Shown piece after piece: positions 48,278-56,678 of a stretch of DNA of 64,000 nt; position 1 is the stretch's first letter; every line of letters begins with the position of its first letter. This stretch comes from an uncultured Prevotellaceae bacterium. GTDB taxonomy: Bacteria > Bacteroidota > Bacteroidia > Bacteroidales > Bacteroidaceae. The DNA is taken from contig CACYYG010000003.1 of the NCBI GenBank assembly GCA_902778535.1, positions 13,345 through 77,344 of the forward strand, written 5' to 3'. Both the position numbers and the translations under genes were made by a program. The notes below the pieces were generated by a model that was not told the origin of the DNA, searched no databases, and worked only from the letters and a program-made list of their open reading frames with translations.

Positions 48278-49750
48278 ATGGAGAAACAGGCATTTTTCGA
48301 GAAATACGCTCCCTGGGCGATGGAGCAGCAGCAGAAATATGGCATTCCCGCCTCCGTCACGCTGGCACAGGCAGCTATAGAATCCTCCTGGGGTGAGAGT
48401 TCCCTTTCCAGGGAGGATAAGAATATGTTCGGCATCCATGCCACCCGGGGCTGGGTCAACAGCGGCAAGCCCTATGTTGAGCGTAATGACATGGGGATGG
48501 TGAAGTTCTGCAAGTACGGCAGCGAGGCAGAGAGCTTTGAGCATCATTCCCGCTTCCTGATGGAGAACCAGCGTTATTCCCGCTGCTTCACCTACGCCAG
48601 CGATGACCATGCCCACTGGGCACAGGGTATCTGTGATGCGGGCTATGCCTACCGTCCCCCTGACAATCCTGACCGTTATGCCAAGACCATTGAGGCCATC
48701 ATCAACGGCAACCATCTGGAGCGTTATGACCAGATGGCCATTGCCGATGCCCGGCAGAAGGGTCTTGACATTGGGTATATGAGAGGGCAAACGACAGACT
48801 TCCTGGTCAGTGCGGCGCAGCAGGAACATGCGGGTGCTGCCGTGTCCGGCAACTATGCCTTCCCATTGTCAGGGGAGCTTGTGATGACCGACGGTTTCGG
48901 CAAGAGTCCCACTAGCTACAGAGGCCATACCCATAATGGCATTGACCTCCGTGCCAATCATGTCGATGTCTTCGCTACTGAGGATGACGGCAAGGTGGTC
49001 GGTGTCGGCAGCGATGCCGTTAGCGGCAAGTATGTCATCGTTGTCTATGACCGTCCTGATGGGTCGAAGTGGCGTGTATCCTATTGTCACCTCTCTGAGC
49101 AGGATGTCTCAGTGGGAGATACTGTTACGGCTGGCATGAAGGTCGGTGTATCTGGCAATACCGGCAACAGCACGGCACCGCATCTGCACCTGACCGTCAA
49201 GCGGCAGGAGGCGGGTGAGGACTCTTTCAAGGCCGTTGATCCCTTGGGCTACCTCGCCGAGATTGCCGTGGCCGGTCGGCTGGAGGGAACCGTTACTAAA
49301 AAGGGCACGGGTGAAGACCTGCTTGCCGACTTGAAGCAGAACATCCGTATTGACGATGCCGGACGTCGGCAGGCTGAAGCCGTCATGGATGACGACAGTC
49401 TTCTCGCCAGTCGGAGCCAGTCTTCAGACCCCAAGGACTGGCTTGGCCTGCTTTTGGCCAGTCAGGGAGGCGAGGGCGCCAGCCAGAGCGCTGGCATCAG
49501 CGGTCTCATCTCCACCTTGTTCATGGGTGTCATAGCCCTGGCCATGCAGCTCGACCATGGAGAAAGCCAACAGCAAGAAGACAGCCAGCACAGGATGACA
49601 GCCCTCTCTGACAGTCAAGAAGACCGTGCCACCGTCATCGAGCGCAGGCGCAACTGTGCCGACGTGAATGCCCTGCGGCAGAACGCCTCCCTTAATTTCG
49701 ATATAGACTATCCAGAAGAACAGCAGGCCAACAATGTGCGCCTGGCTTAA
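48278..49750 (+). CDS. Glucosaminidase (GH73/FlgJ-like) + M23 peptidase
   Basis: IPASVTLAQAAIESSWG...NMFGI; HNGIDL, YCHL and HLHL motifs. Start 48278 preferred because ATG 48257 lies in the terminator stem. Confidence 0.88.
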   Translation: MEKQAFFEKYAPWAMEQQQKYGIPASVTLAQAAIESSWGESSLSREDKNMFGIHATRGWVNSGKPYVERNDMGMVKFCKYGSEAESFEHHSRFLMENQRYSRCFTYASDDHAHWAQGICDAGYAYRPPDNPDRYAKTIEAIINGNHLERYDQMAIADARQKGLDIGYMRGQTTDFLVSAAQQEHAGAAVSGNYAFPLSGELVMTDGFGKSPTSYRGHTHNGIDLRANHVDVFATEDDGKVVGVGSDAVSGKYVIVVYDRPDGSKWRVSYCHLSEQDVSVGDTVTAGMKVGVSGNTGNSTAPHLHLTVKRQEAGEDSFKAVDPLGYLAEIAVAGRLEGTVTKKGTGEDLLADLKQNIRIDDAGRRQAEAVMDDDSLLASRSQSSDPKDWLGLLLASQGGEGASQSAGISGLISTLFMGVIALAMQLDHGESQQQEDSQHRMTALSDSQEDRATVIERRRNCADVNALRQNASLNFDIDYPEEQQANNVRLA

Positions 49751-49774
49751 TTTCATTAACAAACCTTTTTCGAT

Positions 49775-50416
49775 ATGATTAAATGTGAAGTAACCAAGCT
49801 CTGTGCCGTCATCGACCGTCAGGCACAGGTCAAGCAGGGAAAGGACGGTCATTCGTTTCTGTCTTTCGTTGTGAAGCTGACCATCACCGGACGTGACGGA
49901 AGCAAGGCAGTTATCTCTGTCACCGTGTCTGTCAATGGGGACGAGAGTCAGGCTGGTCTCTACTACACGGGAAGGCGTGTGTTGATGAGCGGCACACTCA
50001 TCCCTCGCAAGAAGGGTGACACCGTATTCTTCAACCTACGTGCGGAACAAGTAGAGTTCGTCAGCAATGCTGAGGATGATACCATCGAGGGTGACATGCA
50101 CTTCCAGGGGAAGACCGGCAAGGATCGTCCTGGCAAGCCGGCCGTCGAGCAGCGTACCGACAAGAAAGGCAACACTTTCCTTACCTTCCCGGCTTATTCG
50201 TCAGAGCGTGACGGTGAAGGCCGTGAGTACCTCTGGGTGCGTTTCCTTGACTTCTCTCCCGAGAACAGTGATTTTGTACAGGCAGGAACCTTCATCGACG
50301 TGAAGGGGACGCTGCAGATAGGAGTCTATAACAACAAGCCAGACTTCGGTTGTATCGTCAGGGAGATTCAGCCGTGGGTAGTCAAAAAGGAGGAAAGCAA
50401 TGAGACAGAACAATAA
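49775..50416 (+). CDS. ssb: Single-stranded DNA-binding protein with two tandem OB folds
   Basis: Two SSB-like halves (…SFLSFVV…GRRVLMSGTL and …TFLTFPAY…GTFIDVKGTL) and an acidic tail. Confidence 0.7.
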   Translation: MIKCEVTKLCAVIDRQAQVKQGKDGHSFLSFVVKLTITGRDGSKAVISVTVSVNGDESQAGLYYTGRRVLMSGTLIPRKKGDTVFFNLRAEQVEFVSNAEDDTIEGDMHFQGKTGKDRPGKPAVEQRTDKKGNTFLTFPAYSSERDGEGREYLWVRFLDFSPENSDFVQAGTFIDVKGTLQIGVYNNKPDFGCIVREIQPWVVKKEESNETEQ

Positions 50417-51698
50417 TCAAACTGGCTCCGGCGAGTCCAGACGTGGCCACTGGCAGAAGCCGGACAACACCCCTAACAGTGAGGAACGGGCCTTGCAGCG
50501 CTTCGCCCAGATGATGATTGAGAAAATATCATCATTCCAGGGCGACTGGAAGAAGCCGTGGTTTACCGAGGGGGCTCTTACCTGGCCGAAGAACCTCTCC
50601 GGCAGGGAGTATAACGGCATGAACGCGATGATGCTGATGATGCACTGTGAGAAGGAGGGCTTCAAGCTTCCCGTCTTCTGTACCTTTGACCGTGTTACCA
50701 GTCTGAACTACGGAAAGGACAAGGAGGGTGGCCGTGTCGCTGCTGCCGATGCACAGGGCAACGAGCTTCCGCGTGTCTCGGTGAACAAAGGGAGCAAGTC
50801 CATCCCTGTCTTCATCACCACCTTCACCTGCGTGGACAAAGAGACGAAGGAGAAAATCAAGTATGACGATTACAAGCGCCTGTCTGCTGAAGAACAGAAA
50901 GGATATAATGTATATCCGAAGCTCTCTGTATATAACGTCTTCAATGTCGACCAGACCAATATCAAGGAGGCACGTCCAGAACTCTATCGTAAGCTGGAAG
51001 AGCAGAATCAGTTGGTACGTCCTGAGGTGAAAGAGGGAGAGATGTATTCCTTCGAGCCGGTAGACCACATGATCGAGCACAACGAATGGATCTGTCCCAT
51101 CAAGCCTACCCATGGTGACAATGCCTATTACAGCATCTCGAAGAATGAGATTGTCATCCCTGAGAAGAGCCAGTTCAAGGACGGTGAGTCTTTCCTGGGT
51201 AACCTGTATCATGAAATGAGCCATTCAACTGGTGCCGAGGGTGTCCTGAACAGACTGAAGCCTTCTGCCTTCGGCAGTAAGGAATACGGCATCGAGGAGC
51301 TTACTGCAGAGATGACGGCGGCCCTCGTCTGCCAGCGCTATGGCATGACCAAGCACCTGAAGGAAGACTCTGTCGCCTATCTGAAAGGATGGCTGGACAC
51401 CCTCAAGGAAGAACCGACCTTCATCAAGACCGTATTGAATGACGTGAAGAAGTCCTCCAGCATGATTATTGACCGGATAGAGACCGTCAAGCGTGACATG
51501 GAGGTCAAGCTCGATGTCAGGGAAGACGAGACACAGACTGTCGCCATCGATGAGTCTGGTGATGCACAGCTGGTCGAGGGTGAGAGCCTTGGAGCTGACA
51601 GGAAGCAAGGTGACAATGAGGAAAACTCCGAGGATGAGGAAGAGGAGCAGGAGGAGGAAACGAAGCGTGTTGCCCGCAGCCTCGGACGTGGACGCTAA
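50400..51698 (+). CDS. ardC: ArdC-family antirestriction protein (ssDNA-binding N-domain + zincin metallopeptidase)
   Basis: WKKPW...PKNLSGREYNGMN; HEMSHSTG; YGIEELTAE. Confidence 0.9.
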   Translation: MRQNNNQTGSGESRRGHWQKPDNTPNSEERALQRFAQMMIEKISSFQGDWKKPWFTEGALTWPKNLSGREYNGMNAMMLMMHCEKEGFKLPVFCTFDRVTSLNYGKDKEGGRVAAADAQGNELPRVSVNKGSKSIPVFITTFTCVDKETKEKIKYDDYKRLSAEEQKGYNVYPKLSVYNVFNVDQTNIKEARPELYRKLEEQNQLVRPEVKEGEMYSFEPVDHMIEHNEWICPIKPTHGDNAYYSISKNEIVIPEKSQFKDGESFLGNLYHEMSHSTGAEGVLNRLKPSAFGSKEYGIEELTAEMTAALVCQRYGMTKHLKEDSVAYLKGWLDTLKEEPTFIKTVLNDVKKSSSMIIDRIETVKRDMEVKLDVREDETQTVAIDESGDAQLVEGESLGADRKQGDNEENSEDEEEEQEEETKRVARSLGRGR

Positions 51699-51701
51699 TT
51701 G

Positions 51702-51750
51702 AAAAACCACCGTACTACTTTCACAAGCAATACGGTGGGTGCTAACAAAA
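51702..51750. terminator. Probable bidirectional terminator between convergent genes
   Basis: CCACCGTA (51707-51714) / TACGGTGG (51731-51738) stem preceded by an A-run, which is a U-tract for the minus strand. Confidence 0.65.
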
Positions 51751-51782
51751 AAATCACAAGAGGAAATGATGCAAAGACAATC

Positions 51783-52004
51783 TTATATCTCTGAATTTTG
51801 TTCTATCATCAATTGCTCTTCGGCAAACAGCTCTGCAGCTTCTTCATCTTGTTGGAGGTTATTCTCATTACAGAAATCTACGAACTGCTGCCGACGTTCC
51901 GGGGAGAGGTGGCATATCAGCTGACAGCGGGAAATCTTTCCCTCCTGGAAGAGTCCTATCAGGATGTCTTCCCTATAATATCCTTTGAGGTCAATTCTTT
52001 CCAT
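51783..52004 (-). CDS. Small hypothetical protein (73 aa)
   Basis: ATG 17 nt downstream of the DUF4099 stop, on the same strand. Confidence 0.55.
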   Translation of the reverse strand: MERIDLKGYYREDILIGLFQEGKISRCQLICHLSPERRQQFVDFCNENNLQQDEEAAELFAEEQLMIEQNSEI

Positions 52005-52021
52005 AGTTCTTGTTTTTATGG

Positions 52022-52786
52022 TTATCTGTGCTGTGCCATGCTGCCCATCTGCGCAGCGGCGGCACGCTGTCTTCCTGCACGGAGCTGTTCGGCTCCCATC
52101 TCATCCGTATATTCCTCTTCTGGCACGTATGACAGGTTTCCGAGGTCGTCAGACAGCCAGCAGCCGTAAAGCCCGAAGTTGTAATGTGGAAGCTTCTCCA
52201 CTTCCGTTTCTTCCTTCCATGCCATCATGCTTCCCTTGCTGATACGGATGCCCATATTGTCGTTCAAGTCGATGCCGATGGAGAATGTCTCTTTCTTGCC
52301 TCCCAACTGTACGACCTCTCCGTTCATCAGCTTGGTATAGTTTGCACGACTGAGTGAAATCTCTGAGGCGAGGATGTTCAGGTTCTGCCTGATGATGTCC
52401 TTTGGGATGGAGATGACCTGCTGGATGGCATCGTCAAACTGGATGTAGTTGTTGTCCTTGACCATCACCATGCCGCTCTTCAGCATTTTTTGCTGTTCCG
52501 GGGTGTATTCGCTGAGGTCATTGGACTCCCATCTAGGAATGAACACTGCGTTCACGGAACCGTCTGATGTACGGATGAGGGAGATACGTGCAAAAGAGAT
52601 CACGTCATCACCATCCACCGTCTTCGTCTTCAGGGGAAGAAGAGGAGTCTCTCGGGAGGACAGCAGACGAATCATCACACTCTGCGGGAGGTCATCAATC
52701 ATTTCCTGAGTGAGACCGAATTTTGCCAGGTCATCATAGGGGATGTCCTGCTCTTTGAATCTTTCCAATCTAGGCATATTCTTCAC
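52022..52786 (-). CDS. DUF4099-family protein
   Basis: FKEQDIPYDDLAKFGLTQEMI...ARISLIR pattern typical of Bacteroidetes conjugative elements. Confidence 0.75.
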   Translation of the reverse strand: MKNMPRLERFKEQDIPYDDLAKFGLTQEMIDDLPQSVMIRLLSSRETPLLPLKTKTVDGDDVISFARISLIRTSDGSVNAVFIPRWESNDLSEYTPEQQKMLKSGMVMVKDNNYIQFDDAIQQVISIPKDIIRQNLNILASEISLSRANYTKLMNGEVVQLGGKKETFSIGIDLNDNMGIRISKGSMMAWKEETEVEKLPHYNFGLYGCWLSDDLGNLSYVPEEEYTDEMGAEQLRAGRQRAAAAQMGSMAQHR

Positions 52787-52806
52787 GTTTTAAATATTTC
52801 TTGATG

Positions 52807-52955
52807 CAAAATTACGAGAATCTGTATGAACGGCTGAAAAATAAAGGCTATAAGTCTTGATTTAACACTTTTACGACCGTTTGGCTCGTAAAAGTGTTAA
52901 ATCAGGAGGTTTATAGTCCCATTTTCGTATGCAAAAAGGAGGATGCTTATTTTTG
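52807..52955. promoter_or_regulatory. Divergent promoter pair sharing a 19-bp perfect inverted repeat (52858-52876 / 52886-52904)
   Basis: -7 boxes TAATTTTG (minus, 52814-52807) and TATTTTTG (plus, 52948-52955), each 62 bp from a motif start. Confidence 0.75.
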
Positions 52956-52976
52956 CAATGAATATATTTTTTGTTT

Positions 52977-53996
52977 ATGAAGAATTATTATCTATTGCTG
53001 GCCACCATGGTAATTGTTTCATTATTTCCATCTGTGACGCATGGCCAAGAAAGTAAAGAGGGAAGGTCATACTGGATAGACCGCTACCTGAGTGTCAGCT
53101 ATCCGTTGGCAAATATTGAGGTCACATCGCCCTTTGGCGAGCGCAATGATCCCTTCACGGGTCAGCGTACGAGCCATTCCGGTCTTGACCTGCGTGCTAG
53201 TTATGAGCAGGTCATGGCCATGTTTGACGGTCGCGTCGAGCGTATAGGTAATGATGACCGCTCAGGAAACTTCGTTATACTACAACATGGGGAGTATACC
53301 GTATGTTATTGTCATCTGTCAAAGGTGCTTGTCTATAAGGATGATTCCGTCTACGCAGGTTTGCCTGTAGCAGTGAGCGGAAGTACAGGACGCAGCTCTG
53401 GCCCGCATCTTCATATCACCGCAAGGAGAAATGGAAAACTGGTCAATCCATATAGCCTGTTATTATATATTAGAAATACACGTGAGGAATGTGTCAAGGC
53501 TTTACAGCCGGTTACAGCAGTACCAAAAGACAAGAAGACTTTCTTCCAGCAATATGCCACAGTTGCGATGGAGCATCAGCGTCGATATGGCATCCCTGCC
53601 TCTGTGACCCTTGCACAGATGGCCCTGGAGAGTGGCTACGGCGAGTCCGAGCTGGCACGCAAGGGTAACAATTTCTTCGGTATTAAGGTGGGCAGCTCAT
53701 GGAAAGGAGCGAGGAGCTGGCATGATGATGATGTTCCTGGGTATTTCAGGAACTATGATTCTGTGTGGGAAAGCATTGAAGACCATTCTCGTCTTTTGAT
53801 GACAGACAGGTACAAGCGTTGTCGATACTACGATAGTACCGACTACCATAATTGGTTAGTAGAGATAAAACGTGCAGGCTATGCCAGTGCCAAGGATTAT
53901 GTAGAAAGTTGCGAAAGTGTTATCAAAAAATACAAGTTATACAACTACGACAGGGAAGCAGCGTCTTATGCCTTTTTTCATCCCTCAGAGCTATAA
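52977..53996 (+). CDS. M23 peptidase + glucosaminidase (GH73)
   Basis: HSGLDL, YCHL, HLHI; then IPASVTLAQMALESGYG...NFFGIK. Confidence 0.88.
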   Translation: MKNYYLLLATMVIVSLFPSVTHGQESKEGRSYWIDRYLSVSYPLANIEVTSPFGERNDPFTGQRTSHSGLDLRASYEQVMAMFDGRVERIGNDDRSGNFVILQHGEYTVCYCHLSKVLVYKDDSVYAGLPVAVSGSTGRSSGPHLHITARRNGKLVNPYSLLLYIRNTREECVKALQPVTAVPKDKKTFFQQYATVAMEHQRRYGIPASVTLAQMALESGYGESELARKGNNFFGIKVGSSWKGARSWHDDDVPGYFRNYDSVWESIEDHSRLLMTDRYKRCRYYDSTDYHNWLVEIKRAGYASAKDYVESCESVIKKYKLYNYDREAASYAFFHPSEL

Positions 53997-54423
53997 CGAC
54001 TTATCCAGTCGGCTAGCGTAGAACGAGGCCACAATGGCTTCCGGAAGAACAAGTCGATGTAGAAGCAGAAGAGGATCCGCTGGAGTACCGCATCGACGGG
54101 ACGAATGCTTTCGATACGTTGTAAATAGGCTGTGAAAAATTCCTGCATTATGATATCTACCCTGACACAATAGGCGGCATCTTGCAGTCTTCTACTCAAA
54201 CAGGTCTAATTATCTAAGAGAATTTGTACTCTTGCCCCAAAAACTGATAGTTATGAGTAAAGAAAGTCAGACAATTTCGACGAGTAAATATCATCTCTCG
54301 CATACGACATTGATGAAGCATTTCTTGAAACACTCAAGAAACATGGTGATTTTGTGATATCGATGTTATGCGCGTACATATTAAAAAAAATAAAAAATAT
54401 TTCATTTTTTGCTTCAAATTTGC

Positions 54424-54600
54424 TAACTTTGTAGCCAATTAGCAGTTTTGGCGTAAGCCTTCACCGCTACCCGACAAAGACCAATAAGGCTAAAAGCCTA
54501 AAACATAGAAATATAGAACTCCCTTATAGCGAATTAAAAGGTTTGGTCACCTGTCGAGTCGCTATTTGGGAGTTTCTACGTTTAAAGAGTTTAATATCAA
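54424..54600 (+). promoter_or_regulatory. -7 box TAACTTTG (54424-54431) and a ~180-nt structured 5' leader
   Basis: Perfect -7 box; several complementary segments before ATG 54619 (see findings). Confidence 0.55.
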
Positions 54601-54618
54601 CTACTAAATAATTAAATC

Positions 54619-55251
54619 ATGAGTAAACTTAAAGATTTAGCATTTTCACTAAACTTATCAGCAGGAATACCTGGTATGAATATACAATCTAAGACTGCTG
54701 ACAAATTTCAGGAGTATGCAGATGCTTTATACGACTATACAACAAAAAATCTAGAAGATTTTTTATCAATAAGTGATAATGATGGTTATCACGTAGGAAT
54801 GGCATTTAGCCACATCTTAGAACATACTTCTTACAAAGAATCTGACAATGTTTTCAATGAAGAAAACAACAAATTTAACATGTCTCTTCACTGTACAGTT
54901 ATAGGTCTGTGGAGAGGTATACAAATGGGAACGATGCAATCAGTCATTGCTGCGCAAAGGTTAATTTATCTTCTAGAAAAGTATAAAACCCATTTCGACA
55001 TTATGTATGCCAAATTGACAGGAATGTCATTAAATGATCTAATGGAATCTGATAAAGAAGATGTAGAAGCGAAGAAAGAGAACATATGCAAGTGCATCCT
55101 GTATTATTTGATACAAATTACAAAGGCACAAGACGCTTTCAAAGATGCTAACATGAAAGCTTGTGAAATAGGAAAGAAATACCTAGACGTGATGCATGAT
55201 GAATATTGTGAAGATTTAAAAGGCTTTTCTTTGTTTGGCATCATAATGTAA
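54619..55251 (+). CDS. Hypothetical helical protein (210 aa)
   Basis: Long ORF in AT-rich DNA; first gene after the leader; no recognised motif. Confidence 0.7.
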   Translation: MSKLKDLAFSLNLSAGIPGMNIQSKTADKFQEYADALYDYTTKNLEDFLSISDNDGYHVGMAFSHILEHTSYKESDNVFNEENNKFNMSLHCTVIGLWRGIQMGTMQSVIAAQRLIYLLEKYKTHFDIMYAKLTGMSLNDLMESDKEDVEAKKENICKCILYYLIQITKAQDAFKDANMKACEIGKKYLDVMHDEYCEDLKGFSLFGIIM

Positions 55252-55263
55252 AAATTATATAAT

Positions 55264-55590
55264 ATGCAAATTAACGCAAACAACATAAGTCCTATCGTTT
55301 TCGAAAAGGCAAAAAAATATCTCCCAGTAAGACTGTCAACAACATCTTTTGATGGTATCGGTGAATGTATGTGCATTGTTGCTAACAGAGCTGATGGCAT
55401 GACAACAGAAATAGTTGAGAACATAAATTCAGAAGTATTTATCACACTGATGAATTCAGCGCTATACGAGGATATAAAACGTCGAGTTTTGAATATGGAC
55501 TATTGGGTTCCCAATAAATGGTATAACACGATTATTGGCTTCGCTGATGGTATAGAACGTAAAATTCATTTAGATTGTGACGTTTTCTAA
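55264..55590 (+). CDS. Hypothetical protein (108 aa)
   Basis: Tight operon spacing (12 nt before, 21 nt after). Confidence 0.6.
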   Translation: MQINANNISPIVFEKAKKYLPVRLSTTSFDGIGECMCIVANRADGMTTEIVENINSEVFITLMNSALYEDIKRRVLNMDYWVPNKWYNTIIGFADGIERKIHLDCDVF

Positions 55591-55611
55591 AGTTCTCAAA
55601 TACAAATAGAA

Positions 55612-56676
55612 ATGGCATCTTGGCAACACAGAGATATAAAAGTTAATGGTGTGCCTGTTAAAGCGCAGGCTCCTATTATCGTTTCTGCAAGCAGAAGTAC
55701 TGACATTCCTGCTTTTTATGCAGATTGGTTCTTCGATAGGTTAGGAAAAGGGTACTCAGCATGGACAAACCCTTTCAACGGCGTAAAGTCATATATATCA
55801 TACGACCTAACACGCTTCATTGTATTCTGGTCTAAAAATCCTGAGCCTTTAATACCCTATTTGCACATACTAAAAGAGAAGAATATAAAGTGCTATATTC
55901 AATACACGTTGAATGACTACGAGGAAGAAAAACTTGAAAAGGTTCCACTTCTCGTAAAACGAATTGAAACATTCAAGTCACTTGTTAAGATATTAGGTAA
56001 AGGTGCTGTTATTTGGCGTTTTGACCCAATGATTCTTACAGATAATATTAGTGTAGAACTACTTCTTGAAAAAGTTAAGAATATAGGTGACCAATTGAAA
56101 GGATATACTGAGAAACTTGTTTTCAGTTATGCTGACATCGCTATGTATTCAAAAGTAAAGCGAAATCTCAAGACAAATGGAATACCTTATCATGAGTGGG
56201 AAGCCTCTCAAATGGAAGAATTTGCAGAGAAACTATCTGCAATGAATGAAGAAAGAGGATGGAACTACAATCTTGCTACATGTGGCGAGAAAATTAATAT
56301 TGAAAAATATAAAATTCTTCATAACCGATGTGTTGATGGCGACTTAATTACCCGTCTAGCCTGGGAAGACAAAGAACTAATGAAGTTCATGGGAGTGAAG
56401 ATTGAAAATGTTCCGCAACCTTCTCTTTTCGGAAGCATCGAATTACCAGAAGGCGCAATTCTTCTTCCTCAGAATCACTATTTCATAAGCACTCATAAGA
56501 AAGATCCAGGGCAACGCCAGTTCTGTGAATGCATGGCATCGAAAGATATAGGTGAATATAACACATGTCCTCACCTTTGCGAGTATTGTTATGCCAATGC
56601 GACTAAAGAACTAGCACTAGACAATTGGAAAAAGCATCAAGAAAACAAATACAGTGATACGATAACAGGAAAATAA
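55612..56676 (+). CDS. DUF1848 family protein (radical-SAM/SPL-like)
   Basis: IVSASRSTDIPAFY, IVFWSKNP, IWRFDP, DIGEYNTCPHLCEYCYAN (CxxxCxxC). Confidence 0.88.
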   Translation: MASWQHRDIKVNGVPVKAQAPIIVSASRSTDIPAFYADWFFDRLGKGYSAWTNPFNGVKSYISYDLTRFIVFWSKNPEPLIPYLHILKEKNIKCYIQYTLNDYEEEKLEKVPLLVKRIETFKSLVKILGKGAVIWRFDPMILTDNISVELLLEKVKNIGDQLKGYTEKLVFSYADIAMYSKVKRNLKTNGIPYHEWEASQMEEFAEKLSAMNEERGWNYNLATCGEKINIEKYKILHNRCVDGDLITRLAWEDKELMKFMGVKIENVPQPSLFGSIELPEGAILLPQNHYFISTHKKDPGQRQFCECMASKDIGEYNTCPHLCEYCYANATKELALDNWKKHQENKYSDTITGK

Positions 56677-56678
56677 TT

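Noticed and set aside
54253-54357. 34-codon ORF MSKESQTIS... upstream of the right-island promoter
   Set aside because: No motif and no supporting context; expected by chance in AT-rich DNA.
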